Source: an uncultured Bacteroidota bacterium
Lineage (GTDB): Bacteria; Bacteroidota; Ignavibacteria; UBA10030; UBA6906
Direction: 5' to 3'
Length of the DNA: 64,000 bases
Assembly (NCBI GenBank): GCA_963700635.1
Contig: CAVOYH010000001.1
Location: 448,001-512,000 of the forward strand
The notes below the pieces were generated by a model. The model did no database searches, was not told the origin of the DNA, and saw only the letters and a program-made list of their open reading frames with translations. Both the position numbers and the translations under genes were made by a program. The number at the start of each line of letters is the position of its first letter. Within the stretch, counting starts at the first letter, position 1. This document shows positions 31,936 through 42,197 of this stretch, in pieces.

Positions 31936-32673
31936 TCAGGCCGGAGTGGCCTCACCCAGAGTCAGATTAAGCGTGTAGGTCCTGCGATCGATCACCAGTG
32001 TCGCCTGCTGATTCCCGAGGAATGTGATCGTGGCAGTATAGGCGAAAATATTTCCGGTGCTGGTTTGCCCGCTCATGGAAAGCGTCGCAGTTCCGCTGGT
32101 GATCTTCTTCGTTGCCTTGTCAATCTGAAGTGCCGAGAACGCGAATGTGATGGTGCTGCTGAAATGCACCTTATTCCGCACCTTGGATGTCTGGGTACCA
32201 TAACGATTGTAGACGCCGGTAATCGAATACGCCTGGCCTGAGAGCAGATTTGACGCCTGTAACGTTGCCCATGCCGAATCGTTTGACGACATTCGCGGCG
32301 TGTCATAGACGCCCTTCATGGAGTAGGCAAAGTTAAACTGGTTCGCGTTGGCCAGCCCGTAACTGTACCGGAAGGTGTACGTGAAACTGTAGGTGCCGAG
32401 CCGCTGGCGGGTGATCGTGGTGTCGAACATGACGCCGGATGAGGCGTCAACTTTTCCGATACCACCCCCTCCCGCCGCTGTCGCCAATTCCTCAAGTTGT
32501 GTGGTCAATCCGCTTGTGGTTGTCCCCCCGCCGAGGGAACTGGCGAAAGCATCGGCGGCATCGTCTGCGCTGAGTGTGATGGCATCATCAAGATCTGTCC
32601 CCGCGCCGTCATTACAGCCAGAAATCAACACCAACGCAAGAAGAAGTACCGGGATGAAGAAAAGGGATTTCAT
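31936..32673 (-). CDS. Hypothetical Ser/Thr-rich lipoprotein
   Basis: Lipobox ISG-C; beta-rich mature part. Confidence 0.75.
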   Translation of the reverse strand: MKSLFFIPVLLLALVLISGCNDGAGTDLDDAITLSADDAADAFASSLGGGTTTSGLTTQLEELATAAGGGGIGKVDASSGVMFDTTITRQRLGTYSFTYTFRYSYGLANANQFNFAYSMKGVYDTPRMSSNDSAWATLQASNLLSGQAYSITGVYNRYGTQTSKVRNKVHFSSTITFAFSALQIDKATKKITSGTATLSMSGQTSTGNIFAYTATITFLGNQQATLVIDRRTYTLNLTLGEATPA

Positions 32674-32742
32674 GATTGAGCGCTCTCGCTGTGATTGAAG
32701 ACGAAGCGTTTTGCTCTATCATAGCACAACTGGTGTGCCAGT

Positions 32743-32782
32743 GAAAAACCAGCGAAACCGGGTGCGGATTCGCTGGTTTTTT
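32743..32782 (-). terminator. Rho-independent terminator (possibly bidirectional)
   Basis: AAAAACCAGCGAA...TTCGCTGGTTTTT hairpin with T-runs on both strands, downstream of the MFS gene. Confidence 0.65.
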
Positions 32783-32819
32783 GGTGTTCTCGGACAGGCA
32801 ATAAAAGGCAATCAACCAA

Positions 32820-34298
32820 TCAGGGATTTCGGCGGCGTGAAATGTACAATCCTCCACCTCCGAGAAAGAGCATGATAAATGCCTGGACTGCAGTACGGTA
32901 GGCAACCTCCGGCCCGGCAAAAAGAGCCTGATACAGAAACCACGCTCCAAGGAGCACAAGAACCGAGTACAAGCCCGTCATAATGCTCTTTGCCCGTGCC
33001 TGTGTCGCGGGTGTGTCAACCGCAAAAAAACGGTTGTATAATATCAGCCCGGCCATCGCCACCACGCCGAGGCCCGCGAAAATGAGCCAGAATACCTGAA
33101 AATGTCCGGCCGCGCCCTCTGTTCCGACTACGGGTTTCAGCATGGCTTCGTACAACACGCCACCCAGCGTCGATCCCACGAGGCTTCCGATTACGCCATA
33201 GAGGAATGCATACCCCATGTACACCGCTTTCCTGTCCTGCGGTGCCACAAGGCCCACGTAACTGTAGTATTTGGGATGTGCAGTCATCTCCCCGATGGAG
33301 AAAACGGCTATCCCGAGGATAAAGATCCAGGCGTGCGTGGCGAACGAGAGGCAGACAAACCCGAGGATTCCGATCGAGATGCCTATGATCATCGCACGCA
33401 GGGGCGGGACTTTTTTTACAAGACGGCTGACGAGCACCTGGAGCAAAATGATCGTCCCGGCGTTGATCACCGTGACATGCTCGGCATCAAATTGAAGAGG
33501 TATTCCGAAGGAGGCAAAAAAGGAGTTTACCGGTTCGGGGTTTACAAAATCACGGAGGAACCAGAGTACCGAACCGAAGTTCTGGAAATAGAGAATCCAG
33601 AATCCCGAGTACACGAAGATCATCAGCATAAAGCGCGCATCACCCAGCACTTCGGCCGCACCGGAAAGCACCTCGCGCACCGTCTTGGTATTCTTCGGCC
33701 GGGGAGGATCGCGGAATATGAACACCGTGGGAAGAAGCATGAGCGCGCAGTACAACGAGGATGCGGTGAACACCCAGGTCCATGAAAAACCTTTGAGGTA
33801 GCTTACAACAAGGGGAGCCAGAAATGCCCCGAGGTTGATCATCCAGTAGTAAATGCCGAATCCGAATCCGGAATTTTCTTCCGTTGTCGTGCGCGCAATG
33901 GTTCCCGAAATGATCGGCTTGAACAGTCCGGATCCCGTTGCCATGATCAGCAACGCGGCAAACACCATTCCGTATCCCGACATGTGACCACTGAGGAAGT
34001 ATCCCGCGGCCAGAAAGGAGAAGGCAATCAGGAGCATACGCCTGTATCCGTACCGCTCCGCCAGGGCGCCTCCCAGAATAGGGATGACATAGGTGCAGGC
34101 GTAAATCAGTCCCTGCAGAAATCCCACCGATTGTTCGGTGAATCCGAGCCCGCCCTCGGCGACGCTGTCGGTAAGATAGATCGCCAGTACAGAGTTCAGG
34201 CCATAATACGCGGCCCGTTCAAACAGCTCCATAACATTGGCGGTCCAGAACACACGCGGATAACTCCGCAGGAGACCGAATCCCCGGGATGTGGCCAT
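32820..34298 (-). CDS. MFS transporter, POT/peptide-like
   Basis: ELFERAAYYG (ExxER), GSGLFKP, YYWMINLG. Confidence 0.85.
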   Translation of the reverse strand: MATSRGFGLLRSYPRVFWTANVMELFERAAYYGLNSVLAIYLTDSVAEGGLGFTEQSVGFLQGLIYACTYVIPILGGALAERYGYRRMLLIAFSFLAAGYFLSGHMSGYGMVFAALLIMATGSGLFKPIISGTIARTTTEENSGFGFGIYYWMINLGAFLAPLVVSYLKGFSWTWVFTASSLYCALMLLPTVFIFRDPPRPKNTKTVREVLSGAAEVLGDARFMLMIFVYSGFWILYFQNFGSVLWFLRDFVNPEPVNSFFASFGIPLQFDAEHVTVINAGTIILLQVLVSRLVKKVPPLRAMIIGISIGILGFVCLSFATHAWIFILGIAVFSIGEMTAHPKYYSYVGLVAPQDRKAVYMGYAFLYGVIGSLVGSTLGGVLYEAMLKPVVGTEGAAGHFQVFWLIFAGLGVVAMAGLILYNRFFAVDTPATQARAKSIMTGLYSVLVLLGAWFLYQALFAGPEVAYRTAVQAFIMLFLGGGGLYISRRRNP

Positions 34299-34332
34299 AG
34301 GGATAACTTTCAAAGTTGAAATGAGAGAAGGA

Positions 34333-34623
34333 TTAGTGCGGGGGCCGGCGGAGCGTCCACCCGGGTTTGCGATTCTTGATGAGGTCGGGTCCGTCTGTCA
34401 GGTCGGCTGTCAGCTGCCTGGCAAAGGTCTTTGCCTGATCCCCGTCCAGGAACCAGTCAGAGCTGATCAGGCGTCTGAAAAACAGAGCCCGTCTTTTGTA
34501 CGTCCGTACTACCCAGGGCGAACCGATGTCCTTGCGGTGCTGTACGACGACGGTATACCCGTGCGGGGTCTTTGTATTGGTATCCACGGCATGACTTGCG
34601 GTATCTGAGGAAAAAGCTTTCAT
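34333..34623 (-). CDS. Hypothetical protein
   Basis: 96-aa ORF filling the gap, divergent from arfB. Confidence 0.55.
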   Translation of the reverse strand: MKAFSSDTASHAVDTNTKTPHGYTVVVQHRKDIGSPWVVRTYKRRALFFRRLISSDWFLDGDQAKTFARQLTADLTDGPDLIKNRKPGWTLRRPPH

Positions 34624-34658
34624 TAGTATACTCAGAACATTGGAGAAGAGCAAGCAGC

Positions 34659-35078
34659 GTGCCGGATCTGTTTGTCAATGCAAGGTTGACCATTCCTTCA
34701 GCCGAAATCCGCTTCCGTTTTGCACGGAGTGGAGGTCCGGGTGGCCAGAATGTGAACAAGGTTGAAAGCAGGGTAGAAGTTCTCTTCGACGTGCAAAACT
34801 CTGCGGCATTGTCAGACCTCCAGCGGCACCGCCTCCTTGCTGTATTACGCTCACGGCTGGATTCAAAGGGAGTGTTGCACATCATTGTTCAGGACTCCCG
34901 GAGTCAGTACCAGAACCGGGAAAGTGCGCTGGTCCGGCTGGCAGAACTCCTGCGTGCGGCGCTCGTTCCGCGCAAAAAACGCGTCCCCACCAAACCCTCC
35001 CGCGGTTCCCGGGAGAGAAGAATTACTACGAAGCGCAAACGGGGGGAGCAGAAACGGGCGCGCAGGTCCCTCGAATAA
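34659..35078 (+). CDS. arfB: Alternative ribosome rescue peptidyl-tRNA hydrolase
   Basis: RSGGPGGQNVNKV, RSQYQNR, basic C-terminal tail; GTG 34659. Confidence 0.93.
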   Translation: MPDLFVNARLTIPSAEIRFRFARSGGPGGQNVNKVESRVEVLFDVQNSAALSDLQRHRLLAVLRSRLDSKGVLHIIVQDSRSQYQNRESALVRLAELLRAALVPRKKRVPTKPSRGSRERRITTKRKRGEQKRARRSLE

Positions 35079-35210
35079 TCCATCACTCCGCAAAGCCAAA
35101 CCCCGGTTTCCATCCTGCGGGAACGATTTCAGGTTCAAAGTCGTTATATTAAGCAAGGTTCGTTTTGGCCGATTTAGATGAAATGACTTATAATTTGGAA
35201 TGAACAACCA

Positions 35211-37490
35211 TTGAAACGTCTCCTTTTTCTTGTTTTTGCAGCCATTCTCATACATTCCGCCGCATCCGCCCAGACGGGCTCGATAAGCGGCATCGCCATC
35301 GATCAATCCACACAAGAGGCCCTGCCCCTTGCCGTGGTGCAGGTTCTGGGAAGCCCCTTCGGGACGTCGGCAGGCGTGGATGGGAAATTCTCCATCACGA
35401 ATATCCCCGTTGGAATCTACCAGATACGCGCATCACTCATCGGGTATGAACCCATGATCCTGAGCGATATTGTCGTCGCCACAGGACGTCCTGCCGAACT
35501 GCGGCTTCAACTGGTTCAATCGGACATCGGCCTGGAGGGTGTCGAGGTCCGCTCTTCCTATTTCCAGAAATCACCGGACGCGCCGGTCAGTGTCCAGAGA
35601 CTCTCGTACGAGGAGATCCGCCGGTCCCCCGGTGGATTTGAGGATGTTGTCCGGGCTATCTCCGTTCTGCCCGGCGTGGCCCAGGTACAGGCCGGTCGAA
35701 ATGATCTGGTGGTGCGTGGCGGGGCGCCATCAGAGAATCTCTTTACAGTTGACAATATCGAAATCCCGAACATTAACCACTTTGGCACTCAGGGATCCGG
35801 CGGAGGACCGCTGAGTTTTATTAATCTGGATTTTGTCCGTGAGACCTCATTCTCCACCGGCGGTTTTGGTGTCCGATACGGTGACCGTCTTTCTTCCGTG
35901 CTGAATATCAATCTGCGCGACGGTCGATCGGATCGTGTGGGAGGGAAAGCCACGATCGCTGCAACCCAGTTCGGACTCAATCTGGAAGGCCCGCTGGGCG
36001 GGGATGGTTCCTTTGTTGTGTCCGCACGGCGCAGTTACCTGGATTTTATCTTCAAGGCCGCCGGGTTTTCGTTTGTTCCCGAATACTGGGACTTTCTCGG
36101 GCGTGTGAATTACCGGCTCGACTCGCACAATGAGCTCACGTTTCTTGTGCTGGGTGCCCTGGATGACATCAACATATTTGACCGGGACGCCGACGACCGT
36201 TTTAGCAACTCGCGTATTCTCGGGACCGAGCAACGACAGTATGCGTCCGGGATCTCACTGCGCCACCTCTTCTCGCGCGGATTCGCAACGTTCACGCTCG
36301 GGCGTTCATTTGTCCGATACGACGGAATCCAGCGCGATTCGCTGCTGAATCCCGTTTTCGTAAACAAATCGGATGAAAGTGAAACAAGCCTTCGTGCGGA
36401 CGTTGTCTATAAGGTTTCTCGCTCCGCAGAATTGTCTTTTGGTTCCATCGTAAAACGTGTCAGGTTCCGGTCCAACCTCGCCCTGCCCGGATATGTAACG
36501 TCATTCGGCGACACTCTGCAGGTCCGTGTCGAGGAATACGCGACCGCCGCGACCAAAGCAGCTGCGTACGCACAATTCTCCCAGCGTCTGTTCGGGAACA
36601 TCGTTCTTACCGCCGGCGGCAGGCTTGAATATTTTGATCTGATCAGTTCTCAATTTGTATTCAGTCCGAGAGGTTCGGTCAGCTATGAGGTAAGCCCGCA
36701 GACCACAGTTACGGCAAGTGTCGGGTTGTATCACCAGAGCCCGTCATACATCTGGCTTGTGGCTCACCGTGCGAACAGGGATCTTGTTCCAGTGCGCGCG
36801 GTCCAGCACATCCTCGGTGTGGAGCACCTTCTCCGTCCCGACCTCAAGGTGCGGGTGGAGGGTTTTGTAAAAGACTACAGCAACTACCCGGCCAGTCTGG
36901 ACCGCACATATCTTGTCCTTGCCAACACAGGGGGCGGATTCGGCGGATCGGATGACAACTTTTCTTCGTTCGGACTTGATCGTCTCGTAAGCAGGGGAAC
37001 GGGACGATCCTACGGACTGGAGTTCCTTCTCCAGAAGAAGCTTTCGGAAATTCCCCTGTATGGCCTGGCCAGCTTCACGTGGAGCCGCACAAGATTTACA
37101 GCGCTTGACGGTGTCGAGCGGCCCGGAGCGTTCGATCAGGAGTACCTTGTTAACCTCACCGCCGGCTATCAATTTGACGAACGGTGGGAGGCAAGCATGA
37201 GGTTCCGTTATGCCACCGGACGCCCCTACACCCCGTTCACGAACACCGGCACCCAGAATGTCGCGGAATACAATTCTCAACGCATAAAAGCCGGCCACGG
37301 GCTGGATGTGCGGGTCGACCGGCGGTGGAATTTTTCAAACTGGGATCTGATCATCTATCTGGATGTACAAAACGTTTACAACAACAAGTTCTCGGGAGGT
37401 GTCCGCTGGAATGCCCGGGAGCAGCGTGTGGAAATAAACGACAGCGCCATCGGGATTCTGCCTTCAATCGGGGTGAGTGCCGAGTTCTGA
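35211..37490 (+). CDS. TonB-dependent receptor
   Basis: Signal peptide, N-terminal CarboxypepD-like domain, plug (VRGGAPSEN...NINHF), C-terminal Phe. Confidence 0.9.
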   Translation: MKRLLFLVFAAILIHSAASAQTGSISGIAIDQSTQEALPLAVVQVLGSPFGTSAGVDGKFSITNIPVGIYQIRASLIGYEPMILSDIVVATGRPAELRLQLVQSDIGLEGVEVRSSYFQKSPDAPVSVQRLSYEEIRRSPGGFEDVVRAISVLPGVAQVQAGRNDLVVRGGAPSENLFTVDNIEIPNINHFGTQGSGGGPLSFINLDFVRETSFSTGGFGVRYGDRLSSVLNINLRDGRSDRVGGKATIAATQFGLNLEGPLGGDGSFVVSARRSYLDFIFKAAGFSFVPEYWDFLGRVNYRLDSHNELTFLVLGALDDINIFDRDADDRFSNSRILGTEQRQYASGISLRHLFSRGFATFTLGRSFVRYDGIQRDSLLNPVFVNKSDESETSLRADVVYKVSRSAELSFGSIVKRVRFRSNLALPGYVTSFGDTLQVRVEEYATAATKAAAYAQFSQRLFGNIVLTAGGRLEYFDLISSQFVFSPRGSVSYEVSPQTTVTASVGLYHQSPSYIWLVAHRANRDLVPVRAVQHILGVEHLLRPDLKVRVEGFVKDYSNYPASLDRTYLVLANTGGGFGGSDDNFSSFGLDRLVSRGTGRSYGLEFLLQKKLSEIPLYGLASFTWSRTRFTALDGVERPGAFDQEYLVNLTAGYQFDERWEASMRFRYATGRPYTPFTNTGTQNVAEYNSQRIKAGHGLDVRVDRRWNFSNWDLIIYLDVQNVYNNKFSGGVRWNAREQRVEINDSAIGILPSIGVSAEF

Positions 37491-37498
37491 GCCGGCAG

Positions 37499-37527
37499 TT
37501 GACTCTTCAGGAAAATAGTTGTATACT
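37499..37527 (+). promoter_or_regulatory. sigma70 promoter of his operon
   Basis: TTGACT-N17-TATACT, near consensus. Confidence 0.75.
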
Positions 37528-37535
37528 CCTGTATT

Positions 37536-37610
37536 ATGAACATGAGCAAGACCATACGTTTTCATCATCATCACCATTGTACCCCCCGCGCCAAGGCACC
37601 TGGTGGTTGA
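37536..37610 (+). CDS. hisL: His operon leader peptide MNMSKTIRFHHHHHCTPRAKAPGG
   Basis: Five consecutive His codons (37563-37577) between the promoter and a hairpin upstream of hisZ; alternative ATG at 37542. Confidence 0.85.
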   Translation: MNMSKTIRFHHHHHCTPRAKAPGG

Positions 37611-37641
37611 TGGAATGGTATGCTGAGCAGACTGTAACGCA

Positions 37642-37674
37642 GAAGCCCTTCTTGGAACCCCAAGAGGGGCTTTC
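37642..37674 (+). terminator. His attenuator hairpin
   Basis: GAAGCCCTTCTTGG-AACC-CCAAGAGGGGCTTTC; short U tract. Confidence 0.7.
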
Positions 37675-37690
37675 GACATTAAGAGGGCCC

Positions 37691-38656
37691 ATGGACACAC
37701 TTTCTCCAGGTTTGCCGCCAGGTTTCAGAGACCTGACGTTTCACGATGCCGCGCGCCGCCGGAAAACGGAGGCACAACTGGCGGCACTATTCGAATCACA
37801 CGGGTACGGCGAAGTGCTCCCTTCCAGCATCGAATTCCTGGATGTGTACACACGCGGGAATCAGGTTATATCGGATCGGGCTTTCAAGTTTCTGGACAGG
37901 GAAGACCGGCTCCTCGCGTTACGCGCCGATTTTACCCCTGCGGTCGCCCGGATGGTAGCCACCCGGCTCGGGGGTGGACCGGAGACCCTGCGCGTCTGGT
38001 ACAGCGGCAACGTCTTCCGGCGCGTGCAAGCCCGTAACGGGGGGTATGCCGAATGCTGGCAGGTTGGCGCCGAACTTGTCGGGGACAGCACCGTAGAACA
38101 TGATTGTGAGATATTGTCGATCGCGCTGGAGAGCCTCTCCGCACTTGGCATGCAGACGGCCGGAGTCCACCTGAATCATGCGGGAATATTCCGGGGTATT
38201 CTTCATTCGCTGGAGCTTCCCGAGTCGGCTCGTGACAGGCTCAAATCTGAGATCGATCACAAGGACGCGCGGGCACTGGCGAATCATCTTGAGGAACTTG
38301 GCGTCCCGGGCTCCATCGGGGAGCAGGTCCATGTTCTGGCCCGGTGTATCGGGGGTGTTGACGTGCTGCATGAAGCTGCGGCGGTTCTGAAGGACGAGGA
38401 GTCGCAGGCGGCCATCGCCCATCTACAGCTGGTCGCGGAGGGCCTCGGCGGGCGGCGAGAACGCGTGACGTTTGATCTGACCGAAATTGACGAAATGGAA
38501 TACTATACCGGCATCATGTTTACGCTATTCAGTCCCACCCGCCGGAGCCCCCTGGGTACAGGCGGGCGGTACGATTCACTGCTGCGGGCCTTCGGCAGTG
38601 ACCGACCCGCCGTCGGGTACTCCTTGTCCATGGATAGTGTTCTGGAGGGACGATGA
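37691..38656 (+). CDS. hisZ: ATP phosphoribosyltransferase regulatory subunit
   Basis: LPPGFRD, LALRADFT, QVGAEL, YYTG, GGRYDSLL; ATG 37691 after AAGAGG. Confidence 0.92.
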   Translation: MDTLSPGLPPGFRDLTFHDAARRRKTEAQLAALFESHGYGEVLPSSIEFLDVYTRGNQVISDRAFKFLDREDRLLALRADFTPAVARMVATRLGGGPETLRVWYSGNVFRRVQARNGGYAECWQVGAELVGDSTVEHDCEILSIALESLSALGMQTAGVHLNHAGIFRGILHSLELPESARDRLKSEIDHKDARALANHLEELGVPGSIGEQVHVLARCIGGVDVLHEAAAVLKDEESQAAIAHLQLVAEGLGGRRERVTFDLTEIDEMEYYTGIMFTLFSPTRRSPLGTGGRYDSLLRAFGSDRPAVGYSLSMDSVLEGR

Positions 38657-39288
38657 GGAATACATTGTTGATCGGCCTTCCGAAGGGGAGATTGTTCGAT
38701 CCTGCGATCACGCTTATCACCCGCGCCGGCATTACGACGGATGGCGGGCAGGGGTCGCGCAAACTGACATTTTCGGACGCCGAAGGAAGATACGAGTTCG
38801 TCTCCCTCAAACCCGCCGACATACCCGTGTACGTCGAATCCGGTGCCGTCGATGCCGGCATCGTGGGCAGTGACATTCTCCGTGAACAGGAGTACGATGT
38901 GTACGAACCGCTTGATCTCCGTATCGGGTTGTGCCGCCTGGTTCTGGCGGCCCGGGAAGGAGTGGATGTGCATGGCATTCAACATCCCCGTATTGCGACG
39001 AAGTATCCGCGGACGGCGACACGCTTTTTTTCCATCCGTAACCGGCATCCCCATATCGTCCGGCTGGAAGGTTCGGTAGAGATTGCTCCGCTGCTCGGCC
39101 TGGCGGATGCGATCGTGGATCTTGTCGAAACAGGCAGGACCCTCCGCGAAAACGGGCTCCGGGTTGTAGAGGATGTAGCGTCCGTCAGCGCCAAATGTAT
39201 TGTCAACCGGACCGCCATGAAAACCCGGAATACGGCGGTCCGATCCCTTATCACTCTCCTGGATGCGGTGGTCTATGCAAACTCTTGA
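38653..39288 (+). CDS. hisG: ATP phosphoribosyltransferase, short form
   Basis: PKGRL, IATKYP, GSVEIAP, DLVETGRTL; 211 aa without regulatory domain. Confidence 0.95.
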   Translation: MRNTLLIGLPKGRLFDPAITLITRAGITTDGGQGSRKLTFSDAEGRYEFVSLKPADIPVYVESGAVDAGIVGSDILREQEYDVYEPLDLRIGLCRLVLAAREGVDVHGIQHPRIATKYPRTATRFFSIRNRHPHIVRLEGSVEIAPLLGLADAIVDLVETGRTLRENGLRVVEDVASVSAKCIVNRTAMKTRNTAVRSLITLLDAVVYANS

Positions 39289-40561
39289 GTACCCGGCGGA
39301 ACAGGACATCCTGTTCCGTGTTCTGCGGAGACGTTACACTCTTGATGAAACGTCAGTTGCACGCGCGCGCGAAATCCTTCAGGATGTCGAGCAGAATGGA
39401 GATGAAGCCGTCCTCCGGTACACGCGGAAGTATGATTGCCCGGAAATCGGGACGCTGGGTTTACGGGTGGATGAGCAAGAGATCGCTGCGGCATATACTT
39501 CGGTGGAGCCGGGGTTTCTGCGATCACTCCGCCGCGCCCGGCGTGCCGTGGCGCGGTTCCATAAAAAACAGATTCCCGATTCCTTTGTCCTGAATGAGAA
39601 AGGGCTGCGTCTGGAGCAGCGGTTTCTCCCCCTCGATCGTGTGGGTATTTATGTGCCGGGCGGAAAAGCGGTGTATCCTTCCACGGTAATCATGAATGCA
39701 GTCCCTGCCCGAATCGCCGGGGTCAGGGAAATCGTGATGGTCTCGCCTGCGGGGCGGGACGGCCGTCTTGCTCCCGAGGTCCTTGTGGCGGCGGCCGAGT
39801 GTGGCGTGACCGAACTCTACCGGATCGGCGGGGCACAGGCCATTGCCGCCCTGGCATACGGAACGGCAACCATACGGCCGGTCGATAAGATCACCGGACC
39901 CGGCAACGTCTACGTTGCCGCAGCCAAACAACTCGTGTACGGTCGTGTCGGGATCGACATGATCGCCGGACCTACGGAAATCGTGATCATTGCCGATGAA
40001 TCTGCCGATCCTTCCTTTGTCGCAGCGGACCTTATCGCCCAGGCCGAGCACGATGAGGAGGCCACCCCGATTGCGATCGTGACATCCGACCGCCTTGTGC
40101 CGGAGATTGTCGCGGAGATTACACGGCAACTGGAATCAAATCCCCGGCGCGGAATTGCGGGCAAAGCGTTTGAACAGAATGGATATATTGTTGTGGTCCC
40201 GACTCTTCGCGACGCGGTTACCATCGTAAACACGATTGCCCCGGAGCATCTGGAAATCATGACCAGAAATCCGCGCCGGGTTGCGCGGAGGGTCCGGCAT
40301 GCCGGAGCGATTTTCCTGGGCAGATGGACGACAGAGTCACTGGGCGACTATATCGCGGGTCCCAACCATACGCTCCCGACCTCGGGAACTGCCCGGTTCA
40401 GCTCTGCCCTGAGTGTGTATGATTTCCTTAAGTTCACCAATATCATCGAATGTAACCGTAAACGATTTTTGAAGCTGGCGCCTCACGGCGAAACGCTGGC
40501 AACGGCGGAAGGTTTGTACGGCCACGCTGCCTCCATGGCGATCCGGAGAAAGTCCCGATGA
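39275..40561 (+). CDS. hisD: Histidinol dehydrogenase
   Basis: YVPGGKAVYPS, DMIAGPTE, QAEHD, APEHLE, GPNHTLPT. Confidence 0.96.
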   Translation: MQTLEYPAEQDILFRVLRRRYTLDETSVARAREILQDVEQNGDEAVLRYTRKYDCPEIGTLGLRVDEQEIAAAYTSVEPGFLRSLRRARRAVARFHKKQIPDSFVLNEKGLRLEQRFLPLDRVGIYVPGGKAVYPSTVIMNAVPARIAGVREIVMVSPAGRDGRLAPEVLVAAAECGVTELYRIGGAQAIAALAYGTATIRPVDKITGPGNVYVAAAKQLVYGRVGIDMIAGPTEIVIIADESADPSFVAADLIAQAEHDEEATPIAIVTSDRLVPEIVAEITRQLESNPRRGIAGKAFEQNGYIVVVPTLRDAVTIVNTIAPEHLEIMTRNPRRVARRVRHAGAIFLGRWTTESLGDYIAGPNHTLPTSGTARFSSALSVYDFLKFTNIIECNRKRFLKLAPHGETLATAEGLYGHAASMAIRRKSR

Positions 40562-41616
40562 CACAGATTCTGCGGCCTGAAATCCTCACCCTTGCGGAGT
40601 ATCATCTCGCAGAGTTTCCTCACAGGATCAAGCTCAACCAGAACGAAAATCCGTATGAACTGCCTCCGGACATCAAGAATGAAATCCTGAACCGCCTTGC
40701 TGCCGTATCCTGGTCGAGGTATCCGGCGTTTGTTCCGCAGGCGCAGATAGACCTTGTAGCACAGCACGCAGGCTGGATACCGGAGGGCACATTGCTGGGT
40801 AACGGCTCGAATGACCTTCTCCAGCTGCTTTTTATGTCCGTGCTGGAACGCGGCAGATCGCTCGTCATCAGCCAGCCCACCTTCACGCTCTACAAACTTC
40901 TTGCCCGCGGCCTGGGTGCGGATGTTCGGGAAGTACCGATGACCGCAGAGTTTCATTTTGACGTGTCCGGCATCATTACCGCTGCCCGTGAATCCGACGC
41001 TGCCATGATCGTGCTCTGCTCGCCCAACAACCCGACGGGAACCCTGATGGAAGAAGCAGATGTCATCCGGGTGATTGAATCCACCTCATCGCTCGTTGTA
41101 CTTGACGAGGCATACGTGCATTTTGCTCCCCGATCCCTGCGTCATCTCCTTTCCCGTTATGATCGTCTGGTGATCCTGCAGACTTTTTCAAAGGCGATGG
41201 GAGCTGCAGGGTTGCGGTTCGGCTATGCGCTCGCCGCACCGGCATTCGCCCGCCAGCTGAGCAAGATCAAGTTGCCGTACAGTGTAAATATCTTCACCCT
41301 GCTCGGCGCAGAGGTGCTGATTCGCCGCTGGGAGCTGATCCGGGAATGGATAAACGTCATCCTGAAGGAGCGCGAACGCGTTCGCGCAGCCCTTTCTGCG
41401 ATGCCGGGAATTACGGCACATCGCTCGAGCGCAAATTTCCTTCTCTGTGAATTGTCAGAACGATCTCCGCGTGAAATCTTTCTCCACCTTGCCGAACGCG
41501 GCATTCTGATCCGCGATGTGTCTTCGTATCCGATGCTCGGCAGGGGACTTCGCTTCACGATCGGCACGCCCGAAGAGAATACGGCGCTGCTGGCAGCCCT
41601 TCAGGAGGTTTTGTGA
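40558..41616 (+). CDS. hisC: Histidinol-phosphate aminotransferase
   Basis: LNQNENP, SPNNPTG, DEAY, TFSKA. Confidence 0.95.
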   Translation: MTQILRPEILTLAEYHLAEFPHRIKLNQNENPYELPPDIKNEILNRLAAVSWSRYPAFVPQAQIDLVAQHAGWIPEGTLLGNGSNDLLQLLFMSVLERGRSLVISQPTFTLYKLLARGLGADVREVPMTAEFHFDVSGIITAARESDAAMIVLCSPNNPTGTLMEEADVIRVIESTSSLVVLDEAYVHFAPRSLRHLLSRYDRLVILQTFSKAMGAAGLRFGYALAAPAFARQLSKIKLPYSVNIFTLLGAEVLIRRWELIREWINVILKERERVRAALSAMPGITAHRSSANFLLCELSERSPREIFLHLAERGILIRDVSSYPMLGRGLRFTIGTPEENTALLAALQEVL

Positions 41617-42197
41617 ACCGCTCCGCACACATTACCCGTACAACAAACGAAACCACAATCGATCTGCGACTCGATCTCGACTCGCGGGAGCCCGCCCACA
41701 TTGATACCGGGGTGGGCTTCTTCGACCACATGCTCTCCCACGTGGCGAAGCATGGTAACATTCACCTTTCGGTCAGGGCCAAAGGCGACCTGCACATCGA
41801 CGAACACCATCTGGTGGAAGATGTGGGGATCTGCCTCGGGAAGGCATTCGCGGAAGCTCTGGGTGACAAGCGGGGGATCGAAAGGTTCGGCGCCGGTTTT
41901 GTGACGATGGACGAGGCCCTGGCGCGCACGGTCATAGATCTGAGCGGCAGGAGTTATCTGGTGTTCCATGCCACATTTTCACGTGAGATGATACAGGGCT
42001 TCGCACTGGAGATGATCAAAGAGTTCTTTCAGGCCGTTGCCAGCGAGGGACGGATGAACCTGCACATCGGCCTGCTCTACGGAGACAATGCGCATCATCA
42101 GGCGGAAGCGATATTCAAGTCCTTCGGCAGAGCCGTGCGGCAGGCAGTCCGGCTTACGGGGGACGCGGATATTCCCTCCACAAAAGGTGCCCTATGA
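41613..42197 (+). CDS. hisB: Imidazoleglycerol-phosphate dehydratase (monofunctional)
   Basis: FFDHML, DEHHLVED, NAHHQAE, PSTKG. Confidence 0.96.
   Translation: MNRSAHITRTTNETTIDLRLDLDSREPAHIDTGVGFFDHMLSHVAKHGNIHLSVRAKGDLHIDEHHLVEDVGICLGKAFAEALGDKRGIERFGAGFVTMDEALARTVIDLSGRSYLVFHATFSREMIQGFALEMIKEFFQAVASEGRMNLHIGLLYGDNAHHQAEAIFKSFGRAVRQAVRLTGDADIPSTKGAL

Noticed and set aside
34333-34360. RRPP C-terminus as a ribosome arrest motif upstream of the peptide transporter
   Set aside because: Does not match RAPP/RAGP-type motifs and no coupled RNA structure was seen
35140-35210. Fur box before the TonB receptor
   Set aside because: AT-rich but poor match to consensus and no clear palindrome
37184-37690. 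N-terminal extension of HisZ in the ORF track
   Set aside because: Overlaps the TonB receptor end, promoter and attenuator; real start is ATG 37691
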